In this document: piece by piece, positions 39,083 through 50,888 of the stretch
Layout of the letters: every line of letters starts with the position of its first letter
How positions within the stretch are numbered: the stretch's first letter is position 1
DNA from: Obrimoposthia wandeli
Lineage: Eukaryota
Direction of reading: 5' to 3'
NCBI GenBank assembly: GCA_977020255.1
Contig: CDROCS010000506.1
Coordinates: 620,001-684,000 of the forward strand
DNA: 64,000 nucleotides
Translations under genes and position numbers: made by a program
Notes under the pieces: generated by a model
What the model was told of the DNA's origin: nothing
The model's input: the letters and a program-made list of their open reading frames with translations, nothing else
Databases searched by the model: none

Positions 39083-41266
39083 ATGATTAGTCTAGAATGG
39101 AATGAAGACATGTGTGTTGGTATCGATGAAATTGATGCCGACCATAAAAAGATCCTCATAATTATAGCCGCTATAATCGACGCGATTGATATTAATGCGA
39201 ATGTAGAAACGCTTGAAAAACATTTTGCAGAACTTACCGCTTGTACCGTTTCACATTTTAAACATGAAGAAGCGTTAATGAAGACAATGGGGTTCGAAGA
39301 TTTTATTGAACACCAAAAAGGTCACCACCAATTTTTAATACAACTACCTGAACTAAAAAATAAACTGCTTCACTCTAATAGTGCAGAGACCGCTGGTGAA
39401 GTTAGCCAATTTTTATATGATTGGGTTATTGAACATATCCTGATAGCGGATATGGATTATGTACATGCCTTTTACAGTGAAAAAAAACACAGCGTCTCGT
39501 TTAAAGCCATATTTCAGCGCGCTTCTGAATGGTTAAGCCATCGCGTCAACATCTCGACCCGTGTACTTATCACGTCATTATTACCTATCTTTGGTATGTT
39601 ATTCCTCAGTTTTATCGCCATTAAAGACAACTATCAACAATATAAAAACATGCAGTTATTGGACAATCTCACCGAAATCGTCCAGCAAGTAAATTCGCTA
39701 ACACACAATTTGCAAGTAGAACGTGGATTATTATCCAGCTATATAAGTTCTGACTATCAACGTTTTTCTAAAGCACTCACCGTCCAACAACATAAAAGTA
39801 ATAACGAAATATATGCGTTCACCACACTACTCAATTCACGCAAAGCGCTATTAACAGAGCCAATGCTAATCGAATTTATTAACTCAACCAAAGTTGATAT
39901 TGCCGAGTTGATCATATTTCGAAATAGCTTAAAAAATACAAAAATTACGAGTGAACAAATGCTCACGGGCTATAACCTGATTATTGGCAAACTACTATCA
40001 CGTGTAAATCGTTTATCACAAATTGAAATGGACTCCGAATTTGCAAATAACATTACAGCGATTAATGCCATTGTGGGATTAAAAGAGATCCTCGGTCAGC
40101 AACGAGAACTCGGTACATTACTCATCGATGAAGGGCTACCTACACATGAATTAATGCACACTGAACGTTACAAACTGCTATATATGCAGCTCGGCATGCA
40201 GCTTAATGCTATTTTTATTTTTAATTATTCAGCCAGCCCAGAACAACAACAGGCTTGTGGCAAGCTCTGTAATATAGTCGAACAAAAAGCATTTATTAAC
40301 AGCACAATTGAAGACTTCATGCTCAAACCCAAAAGAGAGCAAAACAGTCAACAGTGGTTCATGCAACTAACCAATCGCATTGATGAAATCGAAATAATTA
40401 GCGATAAGATCATCAATGATCTCGATATTAAAACACTATTAGAACTCGAAAAATTAGAATCTAGATTCTATCTGGTTATTATCATAATTAGCACGATTGT
40501 GTTCTTTAATATCCTATTTGCGACTATCTTATACCACAGTGTCATCACTCCTATTCGCCGTATTACCCATGCATTAAAACAAGTCACATTAGGCCGCTAT
40601 AACCAACAAATGAGTGAGTCTACGTCTAAAGATGAAATAGGCGCCCTGTATAGTGCATATGAAACATTACGCAGAAAGCTATTACAGGCTGACATGTCAA
40701 AAAACATTATTAAACGTCAGCAACAATCATTACTCGACCGTCGTAAAGAACGAGATAGATACCGAGAATTGGCATCAAGAGATACCCTAACAGGCGCATT
40801 AAATAGACGTAAGTTTAACTTGGTCCTCAAGCAAGAGATCAACTTTGCCAAACAAGATAAGCAAAAGTTGTCATTATTACTGCTCGACATAGATCACTTC
40901 AAACGTATTAATGACACTTATGGTCACGCGGGGGGCGACCAAGCGCTGCGAGAGTTTTACGACGCCTGCTTTAGTAGTGTTAAATCATCGGATATAGTGG
41001 CTCGTATTGGCGGTGAAGAGTTCGCTATATTAATGCCCGAAACAGATAATGCTCAAGCACATGTAATAGCGGAGCGACTGCGTAATAATATCCAAGAACT
41101 GCAGATCTCTTATGGTCAAGATACGATTCGACTCACAGTCAGTATTGGACTAGCGCAATGGCACGAGTACAATTCCTTTAACGTCGATGAGTTTATTTCT
41201 CATACGGACAAAGCACTCTACCAAGCAAAAAGTAACGGTAGGAACTGCATTGTCGCTGCATCTTAG
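39083..41266 (+). CDS. Diguanylate cyclase: hemerythrin-TM-NIT-TM-HAMP-GGDEF
   Basis: Hemerythrin H/HxxxE/HxxxH/HxxxxD ligands; NIT-like HNLQVERG and KEILGQQR; GGEEF. Confidence 0.85.
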   Translation: MISLEWNEDMCVGIDEIDADHKKILIIIAAIIDAIDINANVETLEKHFAELTACTVSHFKHEEALMKTMGFEDFIEHQKGHHQFLIQLPELKNKLLHSNSAETAGEVSQFLYDWVIEHILIADMDYVHAFYSEKKHSVSFKAIFQRASEWLSHRVNISTRVLITSLLPIFGMLFLSFIAIKDNYQQYKNMQLLDNLTEIVQQVNSLTHNLQVERGLLSSYISSDYQRFSKALTVQQHKSNNEIYAFTTLLNSRKALLTEPMLIEFINSTKVDIAELIIFRNSLKNTKITSEQMLTGYNLIIGKLLSRVNRLSQIEMDSEFANNITAINAIVGLKEILGQQRELGTLLIDEGLPTHELMHTERYKLLYMQLGMQLNAIFIFNYSASPEQQQACGKLCNIVEQKAFINSTIEDFMLKPKREQNSQQWFMQLTNRIDEIEIISDKIINDLDIKTLLELEKLESRFYLVIIIISTIVFFNILFATILYHSVITPIRRITHALKQVTLGRYNQQMSESTSKDEIGALYSAYETLRRKLLQADMSKNIIKRQQQSLLDRRKERDRYRELASRDTLTGALNRRKFNLVLKQEINFAKQDKQKLSLLLLDIDHFKRINDTYGHAGGDQALREFYDACFSSVKSSDIVARIGGEEFAILMPETDNAQAHVIAERLRNNIQELQISYGQDTIRLTVSIGLAQWHEYNSFNVDEFISHTDKALYQAKSNGRNCIVAAS

Positions 41267-41444
41267 TCCTGTAAAATCGTATTACAGGTTAGAGTTGAAG
41301 CCTTAGTACTCAACGAGGTGTTAGCTGTATCAACACCTCGATTATCTAAAAAAGCAGGTAAAATGCACCTGCTTTATTGATTAACGGTTATGGTTAATGA
41401 ACGATTAGCTTACTAACATCAATGAACACCCATATTACTGCGTA

Positions 41445-42062
41445 TTACGCATCAACAAAGATAACTTCACCATTGATAAATCCGTCTACCGAACGTTCAA
41501 ACGCTTTACCCACTAATGCGCTTGGCACTGGTTGGAATCCAGCCATCATTTCACCGTAAACATCCCAGGCTTCAGCAAGTACAGTAGGGTTAATCACATT
41601 GATGCGGGTATTACGTGGCATCTCTAGCGCTACACATCTCACAAATGTATCAATCGCACCGCTAGTTGTTGCATCAGCAATCGCATAAGGAATTGGTTTA
41701 ACGTTTAAGATACCGCTGATTAAAGTAAATGAACCAGCATCAGCAATGTATTCTTGACCAATACGCACAAGGTTAATTTGCCCCATCATTTTACTCATCA
41801 CTGTTGTCATCCACTGTGCTTCTGTCATCTCAGTAAAGTTGGCATATTCACAAGCACCTACGGTATTTACGACAGCGTCAAAGTGCCCTATTTTTTTATA
41901 TAAAGCGCGGATAGACTCTTCATTGGTAATATCAACAATATGGTCAACATCACCAGAGCGACCTGCTGTAATAACCTTATGCTTACCTAGCCCCATTAAA
42001 GCTGCTTGACCCATTTTACCCAGTGCACCTATTAGAATAATTGTTTTCATGTTGTTCTCCAC
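41445..42062 (-). CDS. Atypical short-chain dehydrogenase
   Basis: GALGKMG Rossmann motif, SKMMGQINLV, no canonical YxxxK. Confidence 0.85.
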   Translation of the reverse strand: MENNMKTIILIGALGKMGQAALMGLGKHKVITAGRSGDVDHIVDITNEESIRALYKKIGHFDAVVNTVGACEYANFTEMTEAQWMTTVMSKMMGQINLVRIGQEYIADAGSFTLISGILNVKPIPYAIADATTSGAIDTFVRCVALEMPRNTRINVINPTVLAEAWDVYGEMMAGFQPVPSALVGKAFERSVDGFINGEVIFVDA

Positions 42063-42215
42063 TTATTAAGTTTGTTTCGATGGAGTCATAATAGATAACT
42101 ACAGCTACAACTTGAAACAATAATTCATTGTTAGTAATACAAGATTTACTTGGTATGTGATAATTTAATAGACATGAAATGATGTGTTATTAATAGATGG
42201 CAGCAAGGGGTTATT

Positions 42216-43100
42216 TTGAGTAAATTAGACCGACTAGACATAAAACAGCTCAGGATTTTTCAAGCAATATACCGCGAAAAAAATGCCTCAAAAGCAGCTT
42301 CTCAATTGGGTATGACCCAGCAAGCAGTAAGTGAACACTTAAAGAAATTACGCGATGTGTTTAACGACCGACTTTTCTTAAGAGGTTCTAAAGGATTTAC
42401 TCCAACGCCCTTTGCTGAAGCATTAGCGATTAATGTGGATAAATTGCTCATCGATTTTAAAGCCTTATTAGCCCCTACTTCATTTGATCCAAAAACCATC
42501 GCTGGTACGTTTGTCATTGCAGCCACCGATTATGCACAGCAAGTGGTATTACCTAGCTTGGTCGCAACATTAAGACAGCAAGCGCCAAATTTAAAATTAA
42601 TCGTCAGAGATTTTGAAATCGATAAGCTCGATGAACTAATGGAAAGTGGCAAAGTGAATCTGGCAATCGCGTTTCCAGATTACATACCTGAAAGCTATCC
42701 TGTACTGAAGTTATTTGAAGAACATCATGTGTGCGTTGCATCGCCGAATTCATCGATTGCTCATACTAACCCTACGTTAGCGGACGTTGCTAGTTATCCC
42801 AGCATTATTGCATCACCTTCACGCCCTAATTTCAAAGGCTCGATTGATGACTGGTTTAAGACCTTTGGCTTAACGCGCAACGTGGTGGTATCAGCACCTT
42901 GTTTTTCTATTGTGCCAATGTATTTAAACACCACAGACTCCATCGCATTTCTACCATCAAGGGCTATTATAGACTTAGATTTAGTTGAAATATCACTGGA
43001 TCATTCACCCGAAAAATTTGATGTAATCGCCGCTTGGCATCCCCGTTATAATAATGATGCATTACAGCGCTGGGTGATTTCATTACTGGATGTAGAATAA
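42216..43100 (+). CDS. LysR-family regulator divergent from the SDR
   Basis: N-terminal HTH SKAASQLGMTQQAVSEHLKKLR. Confidence 0.9.
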   Translation: MSKLDRLDIKQLRIFQAIYREKNASKAASQLGMTQQAVSEHLKKLRDVFNDRLFLRGSKGFTPTPFAEALAINVDKLLIDFKALLAPTSFDPKTIAGTFVIAATDYAQQVVLPSLVATLRQQAPNLKLIVRDFEIDKLDELMESGKVNLAIAFPDYIPESYPVLKLFEEHHVCVASPNSSIAHTNPTLADVASYPSIIASPSRPNFKGSIDDWFKTFGLTRNVVVSAPCFSIVPMYLNTTDSIAFLPSRAIIDLDLVEISLDHSPEKFDVIAAWHPRYNNDALQRWVISLLDVE

Positions 43101-43203
43101 TTAATAGCTCTAAACTCACTCGATGAGTATCAAGTTTTAATGCGTTTTGCCCTGCAGCATTTTAGAAAGATCTGTCTGCATGCCATCTCGCCTGTAAGCA
43201 TCC

Positions 43204-43245
43204 ATAAAAAAACGGATATAACCAAAGGCTATATCCGTTTTTTAT
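43204..43245. terminator. Bidirectional terminator after aspS
   Basis: aaaaaaacggatata-accaaaggc-tatatccgtttttt. Confidence 0.88.
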
Positions 43246-43248
43246 TAT

Positions 43249-44982
43249 CTGCTCCTCAGCGTCAGTCGCTTGTTCTTTTACTTTCTTCACTACAGCAATG
43301 CTTAGCTCTTCAAGAGAAGCTGGGTTTGCTTCACTTGGTGCTGATGTTAATAAACACGCAGCTGTTGTAGTTTTAGGGAATGCGATAACGTCACGGATGT
43401 TATCAGTACCTGTTATATTTAAGTGGCTTCAAGTGCTTGTAGGAAACTTGTCTTGTTGCTCTTGCGCTTCGATACCTAAGATTTCGAATACCGCTTTTTG
43501 CATTTCACCTTTGTGAATACGCACAGAACCACCACCAACTTCATAGCCGTTAATAACCATGTCGTAAGCGTCAGAGATTGCGTCAGCTGGGTTAGCTAGT
43601 AACTCTGCCGCGTCAACATCCATTGGTGCTGTGAATGGGTGGTGAACCGCGTGCAAGTTACCTTCGCCATCTTCTTCAAACATTGGGAAGTCAACAACCC
43701 AAAGTGGTTTCCATTCGTTTGAAGTAAGTTCTAAATCAGTACCTACTTTAAGACGAAGTGCACCAAGCGCTTCAGTTACAATTTTGTTTGTATCTGCGCC
43801 GAAGAAAATGATATCGCCGTCTTGCGCGTTAGTACGCTCAAGTAATGCAGTGATAACGTCAGCAGATAAGAACTTAGCTACTGGAGACTGTACGCCTTCA
43901 GCGCCAGCTGCTACGTCTTTCACTTTCATCCATGCCATGCCTTTAGCGCCATAGATGCCAACAAATTTAGTGTATTCGTCAATTTGCTTACGAGAAAGTT
44001 TAGCACCGCCAGTAACACATAATACCGCTACACGACCTTTAGGGTTGTTAGCAGGTTCTGCGAATACTTTGAATTCAACATCTTTTAGGATGTCTGCAAC
44101 GTCAACAAGTTCTAACGGGTTACGTAGATCAGGTTTATCTGAACCGAAACGACGCATTGCTTCTGCGTAAGTCATGCTTGGGAATGCTGGTAATTCAACA
44201 TCCAAGATTTCTTTCCACATACTTGTGATTAAACGTTCAGTCACTTCACGCACTTGTGGTGCAGTCATGAATGAAGTTTCGATATCTATTTGCGTAAATT
44301 CTGGCTGACGGTCAGCACGTAAATCTTCATCACGGAAACATTTAACAATTTGGTAGTAACGATCAAAACCAGACATCATCAACAGTTGCTTAAATAACTG
44401 TGGCGATTGTGGCAGTGCAAAGAATTGACCTTTATGTGTACGGCTTGGTACTAGGTAATCACGTGCGCCTTCTGGCGTTGCTTTAGTTAGTACTGGCGTT
44501 TCGATATCTAGGAAACCGTGGTCATCCATGAAACGACGTACGAAGTTGCTTGCTTTAGCACGGATCTTTAAACGGTTGCTCATTTCTGGGCGACGTAGAT
44601 CGAGGAAACGGTGCTTAAGACGTTGCTCTTCGCTGTTCACTTGGTTGAAATCAAGCGGCAGTGCTTCCGATTTATTGATAACTTCAAGTTCTAAACCTTG
44701 AACTTCAATTGCGCCTGTTGCCATGTCTTTGTTTACTTGGCGTTCGTCACGTGCGCGAACTTTACCTGTAATTTTCACACAGAATTCGTTACGTAATTGG
44801 CTAGCACGTTCAAATACAGCAGCTGCATCTGGATCATAAACAACTTGTACAATGCCTTCACGGTCACGTAAATCGATAAAAATAACACCGCCTAAATCAC
44901 GACGACGATTAACCCAACCACACAATTCAACTTGTTGGCCGATATGTGCTTCATTTACTTGTCCGCAATACACTGTGCGCAT
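43249..44982 (-). pseudogene. aspS: Aspartate--tRNA ligase, disrupted as assembled (TGA at 43429-43431, motif 3 missing); possibly an assembly error
   Basis: MRTVYCG start at 44982, [14 protein letters not shown] motif 2; after QDKF the usual GFLL..GLAFGLDR segment is replaced by PTST*SHLNI, then [15 protein letters not shown] resumes in the same frame. Confidence 0.75.
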
Positions 44983-45332
44983 CTGTATAATCCTACTAAT
45001 CGATGGATCGGGTAGCCACTTTGGCAACCCTCAAAAAATTACCGTTATTGTAATAGAAATTAGCACCGCAACCAATACTTATCTCAAACAACGTAAAGTA
45101 ATCCCAAAACAACTTCCAGTTATCGCCAAACTAGCGCATAACCCGCTTATTCACACCGCTTGTAATTGCTCCTTGTTGGTTAAATAACCGTTATTTTATT
45201 AACAAAAAACACATTATTAGCGCTGAAAAAACCAACACGACAACGAAACAAGCAAATTAATCCGTCTATATGCTGTTTAGCTAGAGACAAAGCCAGTCAT
45301 TTTAACTAAAATATGTCGCCTTATTTTGCTAA

Positions 45333-46112
<780 letters not shown>

Positions 46113-46216
46113 GCTTGCGCTCAAATGAGCATAAGCAATAACAACACACCGAATTAATTTAAGCTGTAGCATTAATTAAAAGCTGTTGTATTAATTAAAA
46201 TAATAATAGGTTACCC

Positions 46217-47209
46217 ATGATCGACTTTTCAAATTTTTACCAGATAATTGCAAAAAACAAGTTACACCATTGGTTATATACACTACCTGCACAAATGCAC
46301 GAGTGGGAACGCGAACACAAACATGGTTTTTTACCGCGCTGGGAGAAGGTACTAAAGAAGTTACCTAAAATTGAAACTAAGCACGTTAACATTACCGACA
46401 AATTTGAAGTCGGTTTACCAGGTGAGTTAAGCGAAAGCGACCTAGTTAAAACCGAAAGCCTATTACAAAAATTCCACCCTTGGCGTAAAGGCCCATTCAA
46501 CATCCATGGCATTCACATTGATACAGAGTGGCGCAGTGATTGGAAATGGGAACGTCTACGTGAATTCATCTCACCGTTAAAATACCGTTACGTGCTTGAT
46601 GTAGGCTGCGGTAGTGGTTATCACATGTGGCGTATGCTGGGTGACGGTGCTGAATTTGTTGTGGGTATCGACCCAAGCCAATTATTCTTAGTGCAATTTG
46701 AAGCTATTCGTCATTTTGCTAATAACGACCAACGCGTACATTTATTACCACTTGGTATTCAAGAATTACCTAAATTGCGAGCCTTCGACACAGTTTTTTC
46801 TATGGGTGTTCTGTATCATCGCAAATCGCCAATAGATCATATTGAACAGCTTAAAAACCAGCTGCGTGATGGTGGTGAATTAGTATTAGAAACATTAGTG
46901 ATTGATGGTGACGACCAAGCGGTATTAGTACCCGGCGATCGTTATGCGCAAATGCGTAACGTCTGGTTCTTACCAAGTTGTGCAGCGCTTAAACTGTGGG
47001 TTGAAAAGCTCGGGTTTGAAAATGTGCGAATCGTTGATGTATCTGATACTAGTATCGAAGAGCAACGCGCAACAGAATGGATGCGTAATGAGTCATTGGT
47101 TGATTTCCTGGATCCGAGCGATCACAGCAAAACAGTTGAAGGCTATCCGGCACCAAAGCGCGCGGTATTAATTGCGACAAAACCTTATGCTGAACCGTTA
47201 GACGAATAA
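46217..47209 (+). CDS. cmoB: tRNA 5-methoxyuridine(34) carboxymethyltransferase
   Basis: [32 protein letters not shown]. Confidence 0.96.
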   Translation: MIDFSNFYQIIAKNKLHHWLYTLPAQMHEWEREHKHGFLPRWEKVLKKLPKIETKHVNITDKFEVGLPGELSESDLVKTESLLQKFHPWRKGPFNIHGIHIDTEWRSDWKWERLREFISPLKYRYVLDVGCGSGYHMWRMLGDGAEFVVGIDPSQLFLVQFEAIRHFANNDQRVHLLPLGIQELPKLRAFDTVFSMGVLYHRKSPIDHIEQLKNQLRDGGELVLETLVIDGDDQAVLVPGDRYAQMRNVWFLPSCAALKLWVEKLGFENVRIVDVSDTSIEEQRATEWMRNESLVDFLDPSDHSKTVEGYPAPKRAVLIATKPYAEPLDE

Positions 47210-47301
47210 AATAATTGAGGCGCTTAATACCCGCCTCAACCGACAACTGCGCATTAAATGATGCGCATTGCCCATAGATTAATTTAGAGTTAACGTTAGA
47301 A

Positions 47302-48117
47302 ATGGATACTTTCAAAAAACCTCACCAATTAATTAAAGCTGTCATACTTAGCGCCCTACTTTCAGGCTGCGCCAATGTCGATCAATTTCTCAATCAAGGA
47401 GAAAGAGCAGAGCAACTGACAGTTAAAATAGAACAGCAGAGCGAACAAATAGCCTTATTAGTTGAACAACAAAATACTATTTTAGCGACGCTAAGTCAGC
47501 AACCTGAATTCTTCGCACAGCAAAAGCAAAATATCGCAGAACTTAATACCAAACTTGAAGATTACGTGCAATTACGCCAGCAGGTCGATAACAACAGTAG
47601 AAATATCGCGATCTATGAAGCACAAAATAAATTAGATGAAAGTAAACACGGACTTGTTATTGCACAGTCTTCTGAAGCAATAACGCCGCTTGATAAAAGA
47701 GTGATCGGTTCTGAAGAACTTGTGCTACTTGATGATTTAACTGAAAAATTTAAAGCTCGTATCGATACAGGGGCTACAACGTCATCATTAAACGCGACAG
47801 ACATTGTTGAATTTGAGCGCGATGGTACGAAATGGGTTCGATTTAACTTCAATAAAAACCTTACTGATAGCCAAATCATCGAAGCAAAGGTAGCGCGCAC
47901 CATTTTAATTCGCCAAGCGAACAGCACAGAACCAACACGTCGCCCTATTATTGAATTGCCGATCCAACTTGGCGATATAAAAACCCTTACCGAGTTTACC
48001 CTCGCCGACCGTAGTCACATGTCTTTTCCGGTATTACTGGGCCGCACATTCTTAAAAGATATTGTTATGGTTGATGTCGCTCGTACTTACACATCAAGCG
48101 AGTCTATTACTCAGTAA
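47302..48117 (+). CDS. Retropepsin-like lipoprotein protease (RimK-associated 'ATP-dependent Zn protease' family), copy 1
   Basis: Lipobox LSGC, coiled coil, ARIDTGA, FTLADR..M.FPVLLGR. Confidence 0.85.
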   Translation: MDTFKKPHQLIKAVILSALLSGCANVDQFLNQGERAEQLTVKIEQQSEQIALLVEQQNTILATLSQQPEFFAQQKQNIAELNTKLEDYVQLRQQVDNNSRNIAIYEAQNKLDESKHGLVIAQSSEAITPLDKRVIGSEELVLLDDLTEKFKARIDTGATTSSLNATDIVEFERDGTKWVRFNFNKNLTDSQIIEAKVARTILIRQANSTEPTRRPIIELPIQLGDIKTLTEFTLADRSHMSFPVLLGRTFLKDIVMVDVARTYTSSESITQ

Positions 48118-48199
48118 TTTATACCATCGTTAATGTAGGGTGTGACGTAATATATTATCTCGCACTCTACAATTGCCTGTAACGCCCCCTATGAAAATA

Positions 48200-48289
48200 C
48201 CTCTGAGCTACATACCTCTAAACTACATAGCCCTAAACTACATATATCTAAAATACATAGCTCCAAACTATATCCCTCTAAATAATTGC
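48200..48289. repeat. Six degenerate 15-bp tandem units
   Basis: cctctgagctacata, cctctaaactacata, gccctaaactacata, tatctaaaatacata, gctccaaactatatc, cctctaaataattgc. Confidence 0.85.
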
Positions 48290-48589
48290 AATATTTAAAC
48301 AACTACCGTATAAATAATTGATATATAACTATTGTATTAGAGATGTTTCACACTTATGGTATGTCATACTATCGTTAGTATGAACATCGTACTTAAAAGC
48401 AACTATAATCGATTAAATACCATCGTTTAAGATAGGCAGTCACTACGCTTAAGGGAAATAAGCGGTTTTTTAAATATAAATTTATTATTATGTTAAAAAT
48501 ATATATTTTTATATCAAAATAACGGAACTATTATCCCACTTTAGTGAACTAACCCTCTTTTTTCAGCAGTCTATAGGGCCAAATACCTA

Positions 48590-49387
48590 ATGAAAAATAC
48601 AACTCGCATATTCAAAACCTCAAAAGTCGCCATTGCTAGTGCTCTTAGCCTTGTATTTTTAAATGGCTGTGCCATGACACAAAATAAAGCGAATACAGAG
48701 ATCGTCAGTAAACAGCAAACACAAATAGAAACAATTTTGCAGCAACAACAGCAAATACTAACGACGTTACAAGCACAACCAGATAAGTTCAAAGAACAAG
48801 ACAAAGCCATTGGCAAACTCACTGAACAACTGGATGGATTAGGTACTCAACAGCCAGCAAGTAAAACAGCTGCAGTCGTTATACCAACAACACAAAAAGC
48901 AAAAAGTGACCTCGCTGGTAAAGTTATTCTAGGGCAAGAAGAGTGGATTTGGTTTGATCAATTACAGACTAATTTCAAATCACGTGTCGATACAGGCGCA
49001 ACAACCTCATCATTAAATGCAACTGACATCGTTAAATTCGAACGTGATGGCCGTGATTGGGTTAAATTCAATTTATCCCACAAAGACAATAATGAAGTGT
49101 TACCAATTGAAGCACCCGTTGTCCGCACCGTTAAAATTCGTCAAACTAATGCCAAAAAAGCATTAGAACGATATGTTGTTAGTATACCCGTTGAGCTTGG
49201 TAGTATAAAAACAGAAACTGAATTTACGCTAGCAGATCGTAGCCGCATGACATTCCCAATTCTATTAGGCCGCACGTTCTTAAAAGACATAGCAGTTGTC
49301 GATGTTGCACAAAAGTATACTCAACCGAAAAATAAATCCGCGTCTATTGAAAAACAACCTACTTCAGCTAAAAAAGGGACTAACTAA
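48590..49387 (+). CDS. Retropepsin-like lipoprotein protease, copy 2
   Basis: Lipobox LNGC, coiled coil, SRVDTGA, FTLADR..MTFPILLGR. Confidence 0.87.
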   Translation: MKNTTRIFKTSKVAIASALSLVFLNGCAMTQNKANTEIVSKQQTQIETILQQQQQILTTLQAQPDKFKEQDKAIGKLTEQLDGLGTQQPASKTAAVVIPTTQKAKSDLAGKVILGQEEWIWFDQLQTNFKSRVDTGATTSSLNATDIVKFERDGRDWVKFNLSHKDNNEVLPIEAPVVRTVKIRQTNAKKALERYVVSIPVELGSIKTETEFTLADRSRMTFPILLGRTFLKDIAVVDVAQKYTQPKNKSASIEKQPTSAKKGTN

Positions 49388-49389
49388 TC

Positions 49390-50886
49390 ATGCCTTCTAA
49401 GATCCCATTTCGCATTTTCGTTGCGATACTTTTCCTACTTGGTGTTGGTAGTATTGCACAACGCCATTACAGTGGTGAGATCCCTTGGTTACCAGGTGAA
49501 ACTTACTCGACATGGATGATTGAAGCAAAAGTTGAATTCACAGCACAAGGTGATGCGGTTAATGCTTCTTTTGCGACACCTTCAACACAAAGTAACTTCA
49601 CCGTTTTAAATCAAACAGCTGCATCGCCAGGTTATGGGTTATCGTTTGTTGATGACCGCGCACAATGGACCATTCGTAACGCCGAAGGCAAGCAAGATCT
49701 ATACTATAAAGTCAATGTGCTGACTAATGACATCCCATTAGATGTGATTAATGAGCAAGATGTTAGTATCCATAAAACCACTTGGTTACCGCCTTATGAT
49801 ATAGCCGCAGAACAAATTGTTAGCAGCGCGATGGAAAAAAGTGCTGATGCATTTTCATATAGTCGTGAGCTTTTAAAATTACTTTCTGCCGATGATTTAG
49901 GTCAAAATGCCGAATTAATGCTCCAGCAAAACAATAAATCAGATTTATTTGTTGCCCTGTTAAATGAAGCTAACATCCCTGCTCTACTGGTTAAAGGTTT
50001 ATACCTTGAAGACGGTCGTCGTCAACAACAGCTACAACCATTTGTACTCGTATTTAGCGAAGATGACACTCGCTTAATTGATGTGAAATTAGGTAAAACA
50101 GCTGATGCTAAAAACCTCCTGCTTTGGGAACAAAACGGCGAACCAACACTCGATCTTATTGGTGGTTCAAACTCGCGCGTAAGTTTCTCTATCATCCAAC
50201 AAACGCAACCTGTTATGCAGGTATTAAAAGAAAAAGCCAACGATACAGACCTCTTCAATTTCAGTATCTACAGTCTACCACTTGAAGAACAAGCACTGTT
50301 TAAAGGTATTTTGCTTATTCCATTAGGTGTCATGATTGTTGTGATGATGCGTATTCTTATCGGTTTACGTACTTCAGGTACTTTCATGCCTGTATTAATC
50401 GCGATGGCATTTGTACAAACTAGTCTGGCAACGGGTTTAATCGGCTTTACCTTGATCGTCGGTATCGGCTTAGTGATTCGATCTTACTTGTCGCGATTAA
50501 ACTTGCTGCTTGTCTCACGAATATCCGTGGTTATTATTACCGTGATCGCCATCATTTGCTTATTCTCGGTACTGTCATACAAGATTGGTTTAACAGAAGG
50601 TCTTAAAATCACTTTCTTCCCAATGATCATTTTATCTTGGACCATCGAACGTATGTCAATTTTATGGGAAGAAGAAGGCGCGAAAGAAGTATTTGTACAA
50701 GGTGGTGGTAGCTTATTCGTTGCCGTACTTGTCTATCTAACCATTAGTAATGAACTATTACGCTATTGGGCATTCAACTTCCTTGGCCTACAACTTATCA
50801 TTATGTCGATTATCTTAATGCTAGGTACTTATACCGGTTACCGTTTACTTGAACTACGCCGCTTTAAAGACATGCAAGGTGACTAA
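49390..50886 (+). CDS. Inactive transglutaminase-like domain plus 7TM membrane protein
   Basis: No catalytic Cys in the TGase-like part; C-terminal GLRTSGTFMPVLIA, ITFFPMIILSWTIERMS, GYRLLELRRF. Confidence 0.85.
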   Translation: MPSKIPFRIFVAILFLLGVGSIAQRHYSGEIPWLPGETYSTWMIEAKVEFTAQGDAVNASFATPSTQSNFTVLNQTAASPGYGLSFVDDRAQWTIRNAEGKQDLYYKVNVLTNDIPLDVINEQDVSIHKTTWLPPYDIAAEQIVSSAMEKSADAFSYSRELLKLLSADDLGQNAELMLQQNNKSDLFVALLNEANIPALLVKGLYLEDGRRQQQLQPFVLVFSEDDTRLIDVKLGKTADAKNLLLWEQNGEPTLDLIGGSNSRVSFSIIQQTQPVMQVLKEKANDTDLFNFSIYSLPLEEQALFKGILLIPLGVMIVVMMRILIGLRTSGTFMPVLIAMAFVQTSLATGLIGFTLIVGIGLVIRSYLSRLNLLLVSRISVVIITVIAIICLFSVLSYKIGLTEGLKITFFPMIILSWTIERMSILWEEEGAKEVFVQGGGSLFVAVLVYLTISNELLRYWAFNFLGLQLIIMSIILMLGTYTGYRLLELRRFKDMQGD

Positions 50887-50888
50887 CC

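Noticed and set aside
12236-43428. 31-kb block between ruvC and aspS as a genomic island interrupting aspS-yebC-ruvC synteny
   Set aside because: No integrase, transposase, att-like direct repeats or obvious compositional shift; content is mostly housekeeping, and aspS and ruvC are unlinked in other marine gammaproteobacteria as I recall
43429-43431. TGA in aspS as selenocysteine or programmed read-through
   Set aside because: Read-through would not restore the missing motif 3, and no SECIS-like hairpin follows
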